The translations under genes were made by a program, and so were the position numbers. This document shows, one piece after another, positions 45,163 to 55,146 of a stretch of DNA of 64,000 nt (position 1 is its first letter; each line of letters opens with the position of its first letter). The notes under the pieces were generated by a model that was not told the DNA's origin, searched no databases, and saw only the letters and a program-made list of their open reading frames with translations. The DNA comes from Bacteroidales bacterium UBA1181. Its GTDB lineage: Bacteria > Bacteroidota > Bacteroidia > Bacteroidales > Paludibacteraceae. The stretch spans positions 147,137 through 211,136 of the forward strand of contig DBYR01000013.1 in assembly GCA_002310215.1 (NCBI GenBank), given 5' to 3'.

Positions 45163-47601
45163 ATGAATATTAGACATGACAATATGAGTAAGAGATCTGT
45201 TATGCGTTTAGCTATCAGCTTTTTAATGGTCTTTTTGTACGCTCAGGGCATATTGGCGGATACGCTGACGGTCCAGACAGCCATCCAGAAGGTGACGATC
45301 TACGAGCGGGGCGCATTGGTGAACCGAAAGGCCCACCTCAAGTTGCCGACGGGTGTGACGATGGTTAAGCTGCCGTTGCTGAGCCCTGCATTTGACCCTA
45401 AGACCTTACAGGTGGGGGTTTCCAACCTTGACATTAAGATAGGCAAGGTGGATACGCACATTGAGATGCCGAACATCAAGGAGATCTCCCATGCGAACGA
45501 TTCTCTGGTAAAGCGTTCGAAAGTGTGCGAGGACTCTATCCAGCTGGTACAATCCTTCAGTGGTGTGTTGGACCATGAGCGTGAGATTCTCCTTTCCAAC
45601 GATGATATAGGCGGCTCGAAAGGATTCAATGCCGAACAGTTGGGTGGTGTGGCCGCTTACCTTCGCAAGGACCTGGGTGAGATCGAGGACCTCCAACAAG
45701 GCTATTCGCAGAAACGTAAGGTTTATGAGTTGGAGCAACAATTGATCAGTCAGCAGCTTAAGCTCTTGGATGAGCGTCAGATGGTGCCGAAGGGGGTGGT
45801 GTACGTCTCCTTGGTGACGGAGGCTCCCGCCGAGACGGAGATCGAGCTCAACTACGTGGTGAAGGATGCGGAGTGGACGCCTTTCTATGAGTTGAAGATC
45901 GTGGAGGATAAGGCGATGATGGAAGTGAGCAAGAAGGTGATGGTGCACCAGAACTCCATGGAGGATTGGAAAGAGGTCAAGTTGACCGTCACGAAGACCA
46001 ATCCGTCCGAAAGCAACGCAAAGCCAACGTTGGAACGGTACACGTTGCCGTACGCCACCCAAAGGAGCAAGCCTTCTGCTCCTGCCGAGAAGAAGATGGT
46101 GAAGGTGATGGGTAATGTGCGGGATGCGAAGGGGAGCATATCCGGTGTGATTGTGCAAGCCAAGAACAACCAATCCACACAGACGGACGAGTCCGGTTTT
46201 TACCAGATTCTCGTGCCTGAAAACACGGAGCTCACATTCTCCCATGCCAGCCACCTTGCAGTGGATCGTTCTGTGGGTGAGGGATATGTGAAGGTGTTGA
46301 ATGTCAGGATGATGGAGAACGCCCAAAAAATCTATGGCCGTGGAGTTGTGGTAAAAGGTCAAGTCCGCAGCAGTCGTGGCCCTCTTTCTGGAGCCAGTGT
46401 GATAGCCACAGGTTCATCCAGTTATGCGTTCTCCAATGAAAATGGGTATTTTGAGATTAATGCGATGATCGGGTCCACATTGGAGATAACGCATGAGGAT
46501 TTTAAGATGAAACAGGTGAAAATCGATAACATGAACTACTCCAGGACGATTGATGTAGAGTTGGAGCCGCAGATCGTGACCCCGCAATGGTCCGCGAAGG
46601 TTTCAGGTGGTCATAATAAACTCGAATATTCTATCGACCAAGCTTTGGCGGGTAGGGCAAGTGGTGTGAAAATATCTAGTGCCAGTGGCAGTCCAGGTTC
46701 GGCGTCGTCCATTCAGATTCGTGGTCTGTCATCTTTGACGGGAAGCAACGAGCCTTTGTATGTCGTTGATGGCATACCTATCAATGGAGGAGGAGTTTCA
46801 TTCGGAGATAATCCGCTGGCATCCATCAATCCAGATGATATTCTTTCGATGGAAGTCCTGAAAGATGCAAGCTCGACTAGCATCTATGGCGCACGTGCGT
46901 CAAACGGTGTCGTGATGATCACCACGAAGAAAGGGAACCACGGTTCTGGTCTATACCTCTCCACCTTCTCCCACCTAAAGGATTACACAGCGGAGGCAAC
47001 AACCTTGAATAGCATCCCTTCCGACGGTTCGGAGCATGAGGCGATGATCGGCAAGGTGTCCATACCTGTCAAATACTCCTATTATACCGCTCCGAAAATC
47101 TCCCCTAACGTCTATATGTTGGCGGAGGTGCCGAATTGGAAGGTGTATGATATCCTGCAAGGCAAGCTTAGGCTTTTCCATGACAACACGTATATCGGAG
47201 AGTCCTATTGGCACCCGGAAGAGATCCAGGACACCCTGCACTTCTCCGCTGGCATCGAGAAGAACATCGGCGTCGAGCGTAGGCTGAAGGCAACCAACAA
47301 GGGCAAGAACCTGCTGAGAACCTCTGACAAGGTCTTGAGGGAGTGGGAGATCATTGTGAAGAACAACAAGGATTTTGCCGTGGAGGTCACGGTGGAGGAC
47401 CAGATACCTGTCTCCACTGGCTCGGAGGTGAAGGTGAACCTTATTGAATCGTCCCAGGCGAAGGTGGACGAGGCGATGGGTAGACTCACATGGAACCTGA
47501 AACTTGCTCCTGGCGAAAAGAAGATCATCAACCTCAGTTACGAAGTCGTCGTGAAGGATGGTGCTCATGAATATATTTTACGGAATAATAAGGATTTATA
47601 A
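45163..47601 (+). CDS. DUF4140/DUF4139 (MuiA-like) protein with an inserted 2x CarboxypepD_reg + TonB-dependent-receptor Plug cassette
   Basis: 812 aa. The insert at about 46098-46945 carries VKVMGNVRDAKGSISGVIV..., IQIRGLSSLTGSNEPLYVVDGIPI and MEVLKDASSTSIYGARASNGVVMITTKKG (SusC-type plug signature). The flanks are homologous to the downstream paralog. Confidence 0.8.
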   Translation: MNIRHDNMSKRSVMRLAISFLMVFLYAQGILADTLTVQTAIQKVTIYERGALVNRKAHLKLPTGVTMVKLPLLSPAFDPKTLQVGVSNLDIKIGKVDTHIEMPNIKEISHANDSLVKRSKVCEDSIQLVQSFSGVLDHEREILLSNDDIGGSKGFNAEQLGGVAAYLRKDLGEIEDLQQGYSQKRKVYELEQQLISQQLKLLDERQMVPKGVVYVSLVTEAPAETEIELNYVVKDAEWTPFYELKIVEDKAMMEVSKKVMVHQNSMEDWKEVKLTVTKTNPSESNAKPTLERYTLPYATQRSKPSAPAEKKMVKVMGNVRDAKGSISGVIVQAKNNQSTQTDESGFYQILVPENTELTFSHASHLAVDRSVGEGYVKVLNVRMMENAQKIYGRGVVVKGQVRSSRGPLSGASVIATGSSSYAFSNENGYFEINAMIGSTLEITHEDFKMKQVKIDNMNYSRTIDVELEPQIVTPQWSAKVSGGHNKLEYSIDQALAGRASGVKISSASGSPGSASSIQIRGLSSLTGSNEPLYVVDGIPINGGGVSFGDNPLASINPDDILSMEVLKDASSTSIYGARASNGVVMITTKKGNHGSGLYLSTFSHLKDYTAEATTLNSIPSDGSEHEAMIGKVSIPVKYSYYTAPKISPNVYMLAEVPNWKVYDILQGKLRLFHDNTYIGESYWHPEEIQDTLHFSAGIEKNIGVERRLKATNKGKNLLRTSDKVLREWEIIVKNNKDFAVEVTVEDQIPVSTGSEVKVNLIESSQAKVDEAMGRLTWNLKLAPGEKKIINLSYEVVVKDGAHEYILRNNKDL

Positions 47602-47616
47602 AAAACACAGCATACG

Positions 47617-49491
47617 ATGAGACAGATGAAGATTTATGCTTTCCTATTGGTTGGGGCTCTCTCCCTCCACGCCTTTACCGGTGTCGCGGCGCCTACTGAG
47701 GCTGATTCGAAGATCAAGGAGGTGATGGTATATGCCACGGGCGCTATGGTGAAACGTACCGCTAATGTGAACGTTAAGGGTGGCATTACGGAGGTGAAGG
47801 TTCCTTTGTTGACTTCGTTGTTGGACCAGAACTCTCTGCAGGTCGGTGTGAAGGGTGGTAGCGTATCACTTGCCGGCATCAAATATGGTGTGGAGGTGCC
47901 GAACCGTAAGCAGATCGGTCGGGAGGTGGAAGCCCTGACAAAACGCTCCGCCGCGTTGCGTGACTCGATCGACATCCTGATGAGTAAGTGCGGGGTGCTC
48001 GACAAGGAACGTGAACTGATCATGCAAAGCAATAACATCGGTGGCGAAAACGGGTTCACTGCCCCTACGCTCCAAGGCATCGCTTCGTATGTCCGCAAGG
48101 ACCTCAATGAGATCGTCAGCATGCAGTATAAGTACCAACAGAGAATCAGCAAGTACCAAGACGAGCTGACGCTGAATGACCAGAAGGTGAATCTGTTCTA
48201 CGACAAGCAGATGGAGCCGATGAGCTTCGTGCTCATTTCCTTTGAGGCACCTTACGCCACAAATTGTGAACTGGAACTTAGCTACTTCGTGCAGAACGCT
48301 TCATGGATGCCTTTCTATGAGGCTCGCATCAACAGAAGCGACACGAAGCTGCACCTCGTCCAGAAGGCTTACGTCAGCCAAGCCAGCAAGGAGAAATGGT
48401 CGAACGTGAACCTTGTCTTGTCGCAAAACGACCCTGCCGTGACCAACGAGAAGCCTGAACTGGGAAAGTACATCCTCCCTTCTTGCCAATATATCGGACA
48501 AACAACCCATACCAACGTTGAGGATAACCCTTACGTGAAGGTGATGGGCGTGGTGCGCGACAGGAAAGGTCCGCTGAAGGATGCCTTGGTGACCTGCGGG
48601 GAAGACCGTAAAACAGAGACCGACGCTAATGGTTACTATGAGTTGTTGGTGCCGAAGAATAGTCCTGTGGTATATAGCTACTCGGGGTATTCCCCAGTCA
48701 GCAGCAATGCCAACGGAAAGAATGCGACCATCAAAAACGTTAGGATGGAGTCGGGCCACTCCACGGTGTTGGAGAACATGAAGGTGCAACAGTTCTTGAA
48801 CTATATCGAGCAGGAGAGGATAAAGAGCGTTCCTCCCTCCTCCAGCCTCAACAGTGGTCTCGAATCGAATATCCCGCAGATGATTATCCGTAACGTGACG
48901 GATAAGGTGCCGGGCAAGAACTCCATCCCGGACGATGGCGCGGATCATGAGGTGATGGTGAAGGATATCCTCGTCGACGCGGAGTATAACTACTTCGCCG
49001 TCCCTAAACTCTCCAAGGATGTCTACCTGGTCGCCTCTATCCCTAACTGGAAGAACTTAGACCTGCTCGACGGAAACGTGAAGCTATACCTGAATAACAT
49101 GTTCATGGGCGAGAGCTTCATCAACGCCAGACAGACAGAGGACACTCTAAACCTCTCCATCGGAAAGGATAAGGATTTGGCGGTGGACCGTAAGGATATG
49201 AAGACCTACTCCTCCAAGAACTTGATAAAGACCTCCGACAAGGTGGAGCGTGAATGGATGATTACGGTGAAGAATAATAAGTCTGAATCGGTGAAGATCA
49301 CGGTGGAGGACCAATATCCTATTTCTACCGATGAGGATGTCAAGGTGGTGCTGATCGATAGCGGAGGCGCCGAGGTGGATGAGACGGAGGGTAAGCTCAT
49401 CTGGAAATTGGATCTGAAACCGATGGAGAAGAAGGTCTTGAAGTTCTCTTATTCCGTCAAATCAAAGTATCGCACATTCAGTGTGGATTGA
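47617..49491 (+). CDS. DUF4140/DUF4139 (MuiA-like) protein with one CarboxypepD_reg-like insert and no plug
   Basis: 624 aa, colinear with 45163..47601 (for example WTPFYELKI/WMPFYEARI and REWEIIVKNNKDFAVEVTVEDQIPVS/REWMITVKNNKSESVKITVEDQYPIS). Insert VKVMGVVRDRKGPLKDALV. Confidence 0.8.
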   Translation: MRQMKIYAFLLVGALSLHAFTGVAAPTEADSKIKEVMVYATGAMVKRTANVNVKGGITEVKVPLLTSLLDQNSLQVGVKGGSVSLAGIKYGVEVPNRKQIGREVEALTKRSAALRDSIDILMSKCGVLDKERELIMQSNNIGGENGFTAPTLQGIASYVRKDLNEIVSMQYKYQQRISKYQDELTLNDQKVNLFYDKQMEPMSFVLISFEAPYATNCELELSYFVQNASWMPFYEARINRSDTKLHLVQKAYVSQASKEKWSNVNLVLSQNDPAVTNEKPELGKYILPSCQYIGQTTHTNVEDNPYVKVMGVVRDRKGPLKDALVTCGEDRKTETDANGYYELLVPKNSPVVYSYSGYSPVSSNANGKNATIKNVRMESGHSTVLENMKVQQFLNYIEQERIKSVPPSSSLNSGLESNIPQMIIRNVTDKVPGKNSIPDDGADHEVMVKDILVDAEYNYFAVPKLSKDVYLVASIPNWKNLDLLDGNVKLYLNNMFMGESFINARQTEDTLNLSIGKDKDLAVDRKDMKTYSSKNLIKTSDKVEREWMITVKNNKSESVKITVEDQYPISTDEDVKVVLIDSGGAEVDETEGKLIWKLDLKPMEKKVLKFSYSVKSKYRTFSVD

Positions 49492-49492
49492 T

Positions 49493-49981
49493 ATGAATAG
49501 ACATGTGATGGCTGGGGAAACCCTCTTTAAGTATTGCGCAACGATCTTGTTGGGCCTTCTGTTTCCTTTCGGACTCTTCGCCCAGCAGGGGGAAAAGCCA
49601 TCGGCGGCGACTGATAATGCGGCGAAGGATATGATCTACACGCAGGTGGATCGGAAAGCGATATTCCCTGGCGGAAGGTCAGGCTGGGAGGCATTCTTCG
49701 CCAAGAACCATCGCTACCCTCAGGTGGCGAAACAGTCTGGCTTGCAAACCGCCGTCATCGCCCGCTTCGTCGTCCGCAAGGATGGATCCGTGTCAGACCC
49801 TGAAATCATCTGCAGCAGCCACCCGCTCTTTACGGACGAGGTGCTCCGCCTCCTCAAGGTGATGCCGAAGTGGAAGCCCGCAATAAAGGATGGAAAGCCA
49901 TGCGACTCCTACTATAAGCTGCCTTTCATATTCGAACTGAAGGAGACACCTGTGGATTGGGCGTTGAAACAATGGAAATGA
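49493..49981 (+). CDS. TonB C-terminal-domain protein (secreted or anchored)
   Basis: The ATG lies 1 nt after the preceding stop. IFPGGRSGWEAFFAKNHRYPQVAKQSGLQTAVIARFVVRKDGSVSD...MPKWKPAIKDGKP is the TonB_C pattern. Confidence 0.8.
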   Translation: MNRHVMAGETLFKYCATILLGLLFPFGLFAQQGEKPSAATDNAAKDMIYTQVDRKAIFPGGRSGWEAFFAKNHRYPQVAKQSGLQTAVIARFVVRKDGSVSDPEIICSSHPLFTDEVLRLLKVMPKWKPAIKDGKPCDSYYKLPFIFELKETPVDWALKQWK

Positions 49982-50060
49982 TCCCCCTCAAAAGCGAGGA
50001 AGACCCCTTAAAAATTAGCTTAAAAACAGAGAAGAATATACCGAGAAATAGCGGGCAGGA

Positions 50061-50912
50061 TCACCTACCCGTGTGGTTACTTTTTGTAATGACGTCGATT
50101 TTACCACCACGCATGTGTTCCTTCACCACCTTCCTGAAATAGAAACTATAGCCTTTTATCTGTCTAATCGTCTGTAAAGAGAAGAACTTTTGGGAGATAG
50201 GGCGTTGATAAGCGTGTGAGATAGAGACATACGGAAGATAGACCGTTTTGTATCCGACGGTGGTCAGACGACGGCAGAAGTCCGCATCCTCCGGTCCGTA
50301 GAAGATACGATCATCGAGGAAACCCACCTTTACTTGCGCCTTCCTACGGATCAGCTGGCAAGCGCCGATAACGAAATCCACCACGAGAGGCTCCTTTCCC
50401 TCCGTCTGCGTGGCAGGATAGAGCGTCTTCGAATACGAGTCCTCGAAGATATTGTATCCATATCTCGCCATTATATTGTGCAAACCGCTCTTCGTGATGC
50501 CGACGCGTGTAGGGAAATGTTTGCAGCTCGCTTGGGGCAATCCGTCCTGCCCGATTAATTTGCATCCACAAACACCCACATCCTCATGTTCATCCATATA
50601 ATCAACCATCGCGCGGAAAGCCTCCTCGTTCATCTCCGTATCGCTGTCCAGGAAAAGGATATACTCACTCAGGGAATTCACCAAACCCATATTGCGGGCA
50701 GCGGCGACACCTTGGTTGTTCGCGCATGATATGATCTTCACGGAGGGATATGAATACGAAATAGCGGCTCGGCTCTCATCGACCGACGCGTTATCGACAT
50801 AGATGATCTCCACACTCGGGTCATTCATCAAGAATTCCAACGACGCGAAATTCTTTTGTAAATAATGCCAGGAATTATGTCCAATGACAATTATAGAAAC
50901 CTTTACTCTCAT
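50061..50912 (-). CDS. Family-2 glycosyltransferase
   Basis: 283 aa. VSIIVIGHNSWHYL, IYVDNASVDES and LFLDSDTEM (DxD) motifs. Confidence 0.85.
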   Translation of the reverse strand: MRVKVSIIVIGHNSWHYLQKNFASLEFLMNDPSVEIIYVDNASVDESRAAISYSYPSVKIISCANNQGVAAARNMGLVNSLSEYILFLDSDTEMNEEAFRAMVDYMDEHEDVGVCGCKLIGQDGLPQASCKHFPTRVGITKSGLHNIMARYGYNIFEDSYSKTLYPATQTEGKEPLVVDFVIGACQLIRRKAQVKVGFLDDRIFYGPEDADFCRRLTTVGYKTVYLPYVSISHAYQRPISQKFFSLQTIRQIKGYSFYFRKVVKEHMRGGKIDVITKSNHTGR

Positions 50913-50939
50913 AATCCTAAAAAAAAGTGTAATACATAA

Positions 50940-51185
50940 TCATGCGAAAACCCACACAACCTCTTTTTCATCAGTGTCATCTAAAGGGTCACACCAGCAA
51001 TTGCATTCCACAAAATTCAATAGTTCGTGTTTCTTCAACTCTCTAAACTCACCTCCTAATAACTTAGGAATAACGAAGCCCAGTTCACACTCGACTCCGC
51101 AAATATACAAATATTTCATCTCCCTATTGCCTATGCCACGAATTTCACACGATTTCTTACCTAAAACAGACAAAAGGGCGTACAC
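50940..51185 (-). CDS. Questionable small Cys-rich ORF
   Basis: 81-aa ORF (or 59 aa from MKYLYICGVEC...) between the M48 and GT2 genes on the same strand. I recognise no family. Confidence 0.25.
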   Translation of the reverse strand: MYALLSVLGKKSCEIRGIGNREMKYLYICGVECELGFVIPKLLGGEFRELKKHELLNFVECNCWCDPLDDTDEKEVVWVFA

Positions 51186-51251
51186 CTGCGATTATATCAA
51201 GGATTTACCCACAAAAGCATTTAATATAACCGATATGCACATAATATCATC

Positions 51252-52631
51252 CTACAACCCATTGTCATCCACATCTTCTTCCTCATCTTCCTCCACAACG
51301 ACATTCTCCTCCTCGCTCTTTTCATTGTCGGCCTCATCATCCACGTTAAATTCCCGGCGAGGACGATACGGCTTTGTCCCCGCATACTTTGTCAGTTCCT
51401 TGAACTCGTTCCACTCCTCCTCGTCCAGGAATGTTTTGTATTCCTTATGAGCATAACGAGCCACCTGCTCCCTGCACCTGTCGATACGTTCCTGTGTGGC
51501 GGGATGGTCGGAAAAGAAACCAATGTTATCGGTGATGGAACCGTCCAGGAGTTTACCCATGAAAGTTGCGAAACCTGTCGGATCAATATCCGCATTGTAT
51601 AAATACCTGACAGACAGTGTGTCAGCCTCACGTTCCGCTTTACGGCTCAAATGGTTGGTGGTCATTTCCGTCATGATTCCGGACGTGTTGCCGAAGATGA
51701 CGGAGAAGAGGACGCTGATTCCCACATTCTTTTTCACAGACTCCCTGACGTGGTCACGTTCGATATGCCCCAATTCATGCCCTATGACGGAGAGCAGTTC
51801 ATTCTCCGAATCACATTTCTCCACCAACCTCGAAAAAACAACCATATTTCTTCCGCAATAGGCGAATGCGTTGATCTGATTGCTTTTCACCAAATATACG
51901 TTCACACTATCGATTCCGTTTTTCTCACATAGGTAGCCGACACAGTCCCGCAGGTATTGGGAAGCCTGTTCCTCGTCCACCTCATGTCCGTTCACATAGC
52001 GGTTATAAATGGACTCCTCGATCGCGGAATAGAGCGACGGACTTGGGTACTCGATGTTCTGCCTGGACAATGGGAAAAAGATCAGAAAGAAAAAGGCAAG
52101 TATGGATCCGGCGGAGACTACGATATCGCGTGCCAGCTTAGGCTTAGCCTCCTCCGCCAATTTCGTATACACGGGGTCGGCCGGCACCCACGACATCTGC
52201 CATACATCCCACGATTTCTTCGCACAGAAAATGTGGCAGAAAGGCGACACAATCACCCAATTCACTTCCTTGTTGTTTTTTATCTTGATGCAACAGATGA
52301 TGGATAGGACGATTTCAGCGATGTTCAGGATAGCCGCCACGACGTAATAAGCGACAAGATAATTATTGAGTTGCCACTCTCCCCACAGTATTTTCCATAC
52401 AGAATACCAAGTGAAGGAATTGATGAAAAAGAGAGGCAACTGGGAAACAAACGCATTCATGCTGTGCCATCTCGTGATGTACGTGGATTTCCTTCGCCTG
52501 ATGTAATAGATGATGTTCGCGATTAGATTAATAATCGGGAACGGCATCGTGGTGGCGAAGACCGCCAAAGACATCAGATATCCGTTTACAGCAGACTCCT
52601 TTTCACTCTCGCTTAACTTATATGCGTCCAT
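51252..52631 (-). CDS. Membrane-bound M48 family zinc metallopeptidase with an acidic C-terminal tail
   Basis: 459 aa. N-terminal TM helices, HELGHIERDH (HExxH), and a tail rich in D/E. Confidence 0.85.
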   Translation of the reverse strand: MDAYKLSESEKESAVNGYLMSLAVFATTMPFPIINLIANIIYYIRRRKSTYITRWHSMNAFVSQLPLFFINSFTWYSVWKILWGEWQLNNYLVAYYVVAAILNIAEIVLSIICCIKIKNNKEVNWVIVSPFCHIFCAKKSWDVWQMSWVPADPVYTKLAEEAKPKLARDIVVSAGSILAFFFLIFFPLSRQNIEYPSPSLYSAIEESIYNRYVNGHEVDEEQASQYLRDCVGYLCEKNGIDSVNVYLVKSNQINAFAYCGRNMVVFSRLVEKCDSENELLSVIGHELGHIERDHVRESVKKNVGISVLFSVIFGNTSGIMTEMTTNHLSRKAEREADTLSVRYLYNADIDPTGFATFMGKLLDGSITDNIGFFSDHPATQERIDRCREQVARYAHKEYKTFLDEEEWNEFKELTKYAGTKPYRPRREFNVDDEADNEKSEEENVVVEEDEEEDVDDNGL

Positions 52632-53034
52632 ACAATGAATTTATAATCAAATACAACCAAACAGCCACAATGACACCTATGAGCACCCACAAGCCCTTCC
52701 CCCTCGAAACATATTCCTCGAAACCACACCACAAACTATAACATCTGTCCGGTTTCAGTAGCAAGAAGAGAGGAGAAAGCACCAATACCGGAAGAGCGAT
52801 GAGGCTCAACGGATTCGTACATAAGGCCTGTCCGAACTCCCCCCTCAGCATCAATAGAATCGATGTCGTCAGCCCGCAACCCGGACACGGCAACGTGGTG
52901 ATCCTCCGGAAGGGACAAACGATAAAACCCTCTCCCTCCCCATACGACATGTTCATCGCTATCCACAGATATGCGGAGAGCAACAAAATTGCCGTGAAAA
53001 GCAGGAAAGCTCGTTTTGACCTAAAAGAGCCCAA
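52618..53034 (-). CDS. DUF2752-like membrane protein
   Basis: 138 aa. CPFRRITTLPCPGCGLTTS is the DUF2752 signature. Confidence 0.75.
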   Translation of the reverse strand: MGSFRSKRAFLLFTAILLLSAYLWIAMNMSYGEGEGFIVCPFRRITTLPCPGCGLTTSILLMLRGEFGQALCTNPLSLIALPVLVLSPLFLLLKPDRCYSLWCGFEEYVSRGKGLWVLIGVIVAVWLYLIINSLYGRI

Positions 53035-53065
53035 CGGTGATTATGCTTACCAATGAGGGGGAATA

Positions 53066-53665
53066 CTACTCCTCCTTCGTATAATCGGTATACCCTTTAG
53101 GCGCATACGCCGAATAGTCCGACTTAGGAGCATAGTCCTCAGGATTCTCCTCGCCTGGCGCGTGGTATGCGGAGGAAGTCTGCTCCGGCAAGTTCAAAGT
53201 GTCATTCCCGGAATCCTTCCCGCTGTCCGAATCAGTAGTTCCCGGGCGGAAAGACTGGTCTCCCTCATAGTTCCCAGTATTCTTCGGACGGCCCTCCTGT
53301 CCTGGCCTATCCGTCTTAGACGAATACAAGTTAATCAACTCGATGATCTTTCTCGCATTGTAAGACCTTGCCTCGGCCATGATCAGGAATAAATCGACCA
53401 CCGTCCAAATACCAAAGCCTCCACACGTCAGCAATTTGCAGATTCCAAGACCCGTCTGTCCCAAGACAAAACGGTCTATTCCTAACACACCACCGCCAAG
53501 AGAGACAAGCAACATGTGCAATGGTTTCTTAAAGTCCGCACCCAATATATATGGCGCTTTGTCGTCCGGAATCATCTCCAACCCCTCTGCGATCCTTGGC
53601 AAATGAAAATCGTCGAAATTGCCCGAATTATGGGTCATAAAATAGGATATCCAATCTTTATTCAT
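53066..53665 (-). CDS. TM2-domain membrane protein
   Basis: Internal Met of ORF 53066..53707. SLGGGVLGIDRFVLGQTGLGICKLLTCGGFGIWTVVDLF matches the TM2 domain pattern. Confidence 0.75.
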   Translation of the reverse strand: MNKDWISYFMTHNSGNFDDFHLPRIAEGLEMIPDDKAPYILGADFKKPLHMLLVSLGGGVLGIDRFVLGQTGLGICKLLTCGGFGIWTVVDLFLIMAEARSYNARKIIELINLYSSKTDRPGQEGRPKNTGNYEGDQSFRPGTTDSDSGKDSGNDTLNLPEQTSSAYHAPGEENPEDYAPKSDYSAYAPKGYTDYTKEE

Positions 53666-53929
53666 CTGGAAAAACTTAAAAATGTAACAAATCCGTATTG
53701 GGGACATAAACCCCTATAATCAACACAAAGATAACATTTCTTCCTTTCAGTAAGCATAATTGATGAAAAATATTGTCATAACCCTCACAAGAATCTTTCC
53801 TCCTGTTTATTTTAGGGTAAGGGAAATGGAGGAACGAAAAGCTTATGGCGTTATATTCGGATCAGGACCTTACACAGTTGGGGGTTTGAGGTTATAATAT
53901 TATCTTCGCGAAGAAATAGTACGAAGCGT

Positions 53930-54427
53930 ATGGAATTCACAATCATCGCCGCTGTGGCGGACAATTTAGCTATCGGGAAAGACAATCAGTTGCTGTGGCA
54001 TCTCTCCGGAGACATGAAGCATTTCAAGTTCCTGACGACAGGACATACCGTCCTAATGGGACGTAACACCTACCTTTCGATCGGACGTCCCCTACCCAAC
54101 CGACGCAACATCATCCTTTCCCGCACAATGAAAGAGGAAGAGGCTCCCGGATGTGAGATCATCCGCGACCTGTCCGTCTTGGAGTCCGACCCGACCCTGA
54201 GAAACGAGGAGATCTTCGTCATGGGTGGCGGGCAGATCTACGAACTCATGATGCCGCTCGCCAATAAGCTATGCCTCACGCGCGTACACACCACCCCTGA
54301 GGCGGACACGTTCTTTCCTGCCATACAAGACACAGATTGGCAAGAGTATTCACGCGAGTGTTTCTCCGCCGACGAAAAGAACGATCACGACTATGAATTT
54401 GTGAACTACATCAGGAAAAAGCAGTGA
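53930..54427 (+). CDS. folA: Dihydrofolate reductase
   Basis: 165 aa. IIAAVADNLAIGKDNQLLWHLSGDMKHFKFLTTGHTVLMGRNTYLSIGRPLPNRRNIILS is canonical DHFR. Confidence 0.93.
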   Translation: MEFTIIAAVADNLAIGKDNQLLWHLSGDMKHFKFLTTGHTVLMGRNTYLSIGRPLPNRRNIILSRTMKEEEAPGCEIIRDLSVLESDPTLRNEEIFVMGGGQIYELMMPLANKLCLTRVHTTPEADTFFPAIQDTDWQEYSRECFSADEKNDHDYEFVNYIRKKQ

Positions 54428-54433
54428 CGGCCG

Positions 54434-54775
54434 CTAACAAAGCTTACGGACATGCCATGCGCTCTCTTCCGCAGGCGTATCCTTCCCCGAAAAAAGCCCA
54501 GGGTACTCCAACTCCCAATAATGACCATACGTCTCATTAAGCTGCGGGAAAGATTTTGTCAGGTAGTCCGTTAGCGGAACCGACTTCTCATACAAAGGTT
54601 CGAAAGGCAGGATAACCCCCTCCACGAAGGTAGTGGCCGGGGACTCGACTCCATCGAAGGGCGAAACAGAAACCTTACCGCCTTCCGCATCATCCACCGT
54701 CAGAAGGGCATTGCGCAACCACTCCGTAGGGGAAAGGTATATCCTTCGCGCCAAATATCCTTTAACCATGGGCAC
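54434..54775 (-). CDS. Hypothetical protein
   Basis: 113-aa ORF co-directional with lspA and the DUF4296-like gene. Composition resembles the neighbouring genes. I recognise no family. Confidence 0.5.
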   Translation of the reverse strand: MPMVKGYLARRIYLSPTEWLRNALLTVDDAEGGKVSVSPFDGVESPATTFVEGVILPFEPLYEKSVPLTDYLTKSFPQLNETYGHYWELEYPGLFSGKDTPAEESAWHVRKLC

Positions 54776-54792
54776 CTGTCGTTAAAGATGAG

Positions 54793-55146
54793 CTATTGAG
54801 CGGATGAACTGGTGACGACATTCACGCAAGAATCCTCCATGGCCTGAAGCCGCTGCATCACCTTGTCATAGACCTGCTCGTACACATCCATGTGGGCCGT
54901 GTACCATACGACAGAGGAGTCGAACTCCGCCTCCGTATATTTGTATTTCTCCAATATATGGGAGTAATAGAAATTGATCTTATCCGGCTTCTCGACGGGA
55001 CGCTGGGTAGAGGCAGACTGCACCAGATACTGTTCCACCAAGATGTCCGCCATCTTGTCCTCCGGTATAATCGGACGGGACGAGTCGGGCGCACACGACG
55101 CAAGCGCCACCATTAGGCCCATTAGGATGATGTATAAGCTTCTCAT
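54793..55146 (-). CDS. DUF4296-like lipoprotein
   Basis: 117 aa. Lipobox LMVALASC. The start overlaps the lspA stop (4 nt). Confidence 0.6.
   Translation of the reverse strand: MRSLYIILMGLMVALASCAPDSSRPIIPEDKMADILVEQYLVQSASTQRPVEKPDKINFYYSHILEKYKYTEAEFDSSVVWYTAHMDVYEQVYDKVMQRLQAMEDSCVNVVTSSSAQ

Noticed and set aside
50884-51450. 188-aa plus-strand ORF with a long Ser-rich tract
   Set aside because: It is low-complexity antisense sequence opposite the acidic (D/E-rich) tail of the M48 peptidase gene and the spacer. It has no credible start or family.
23790-54427. thyA and folA, often adjacent in Bacteroidota, are 29 kb apart and divergent here, which might indicate a large inversion
   Set aside because: This cannot be evaluated without comparative genomes. 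No inverted repeats or mobile elements were seen at the implied breakpoints.
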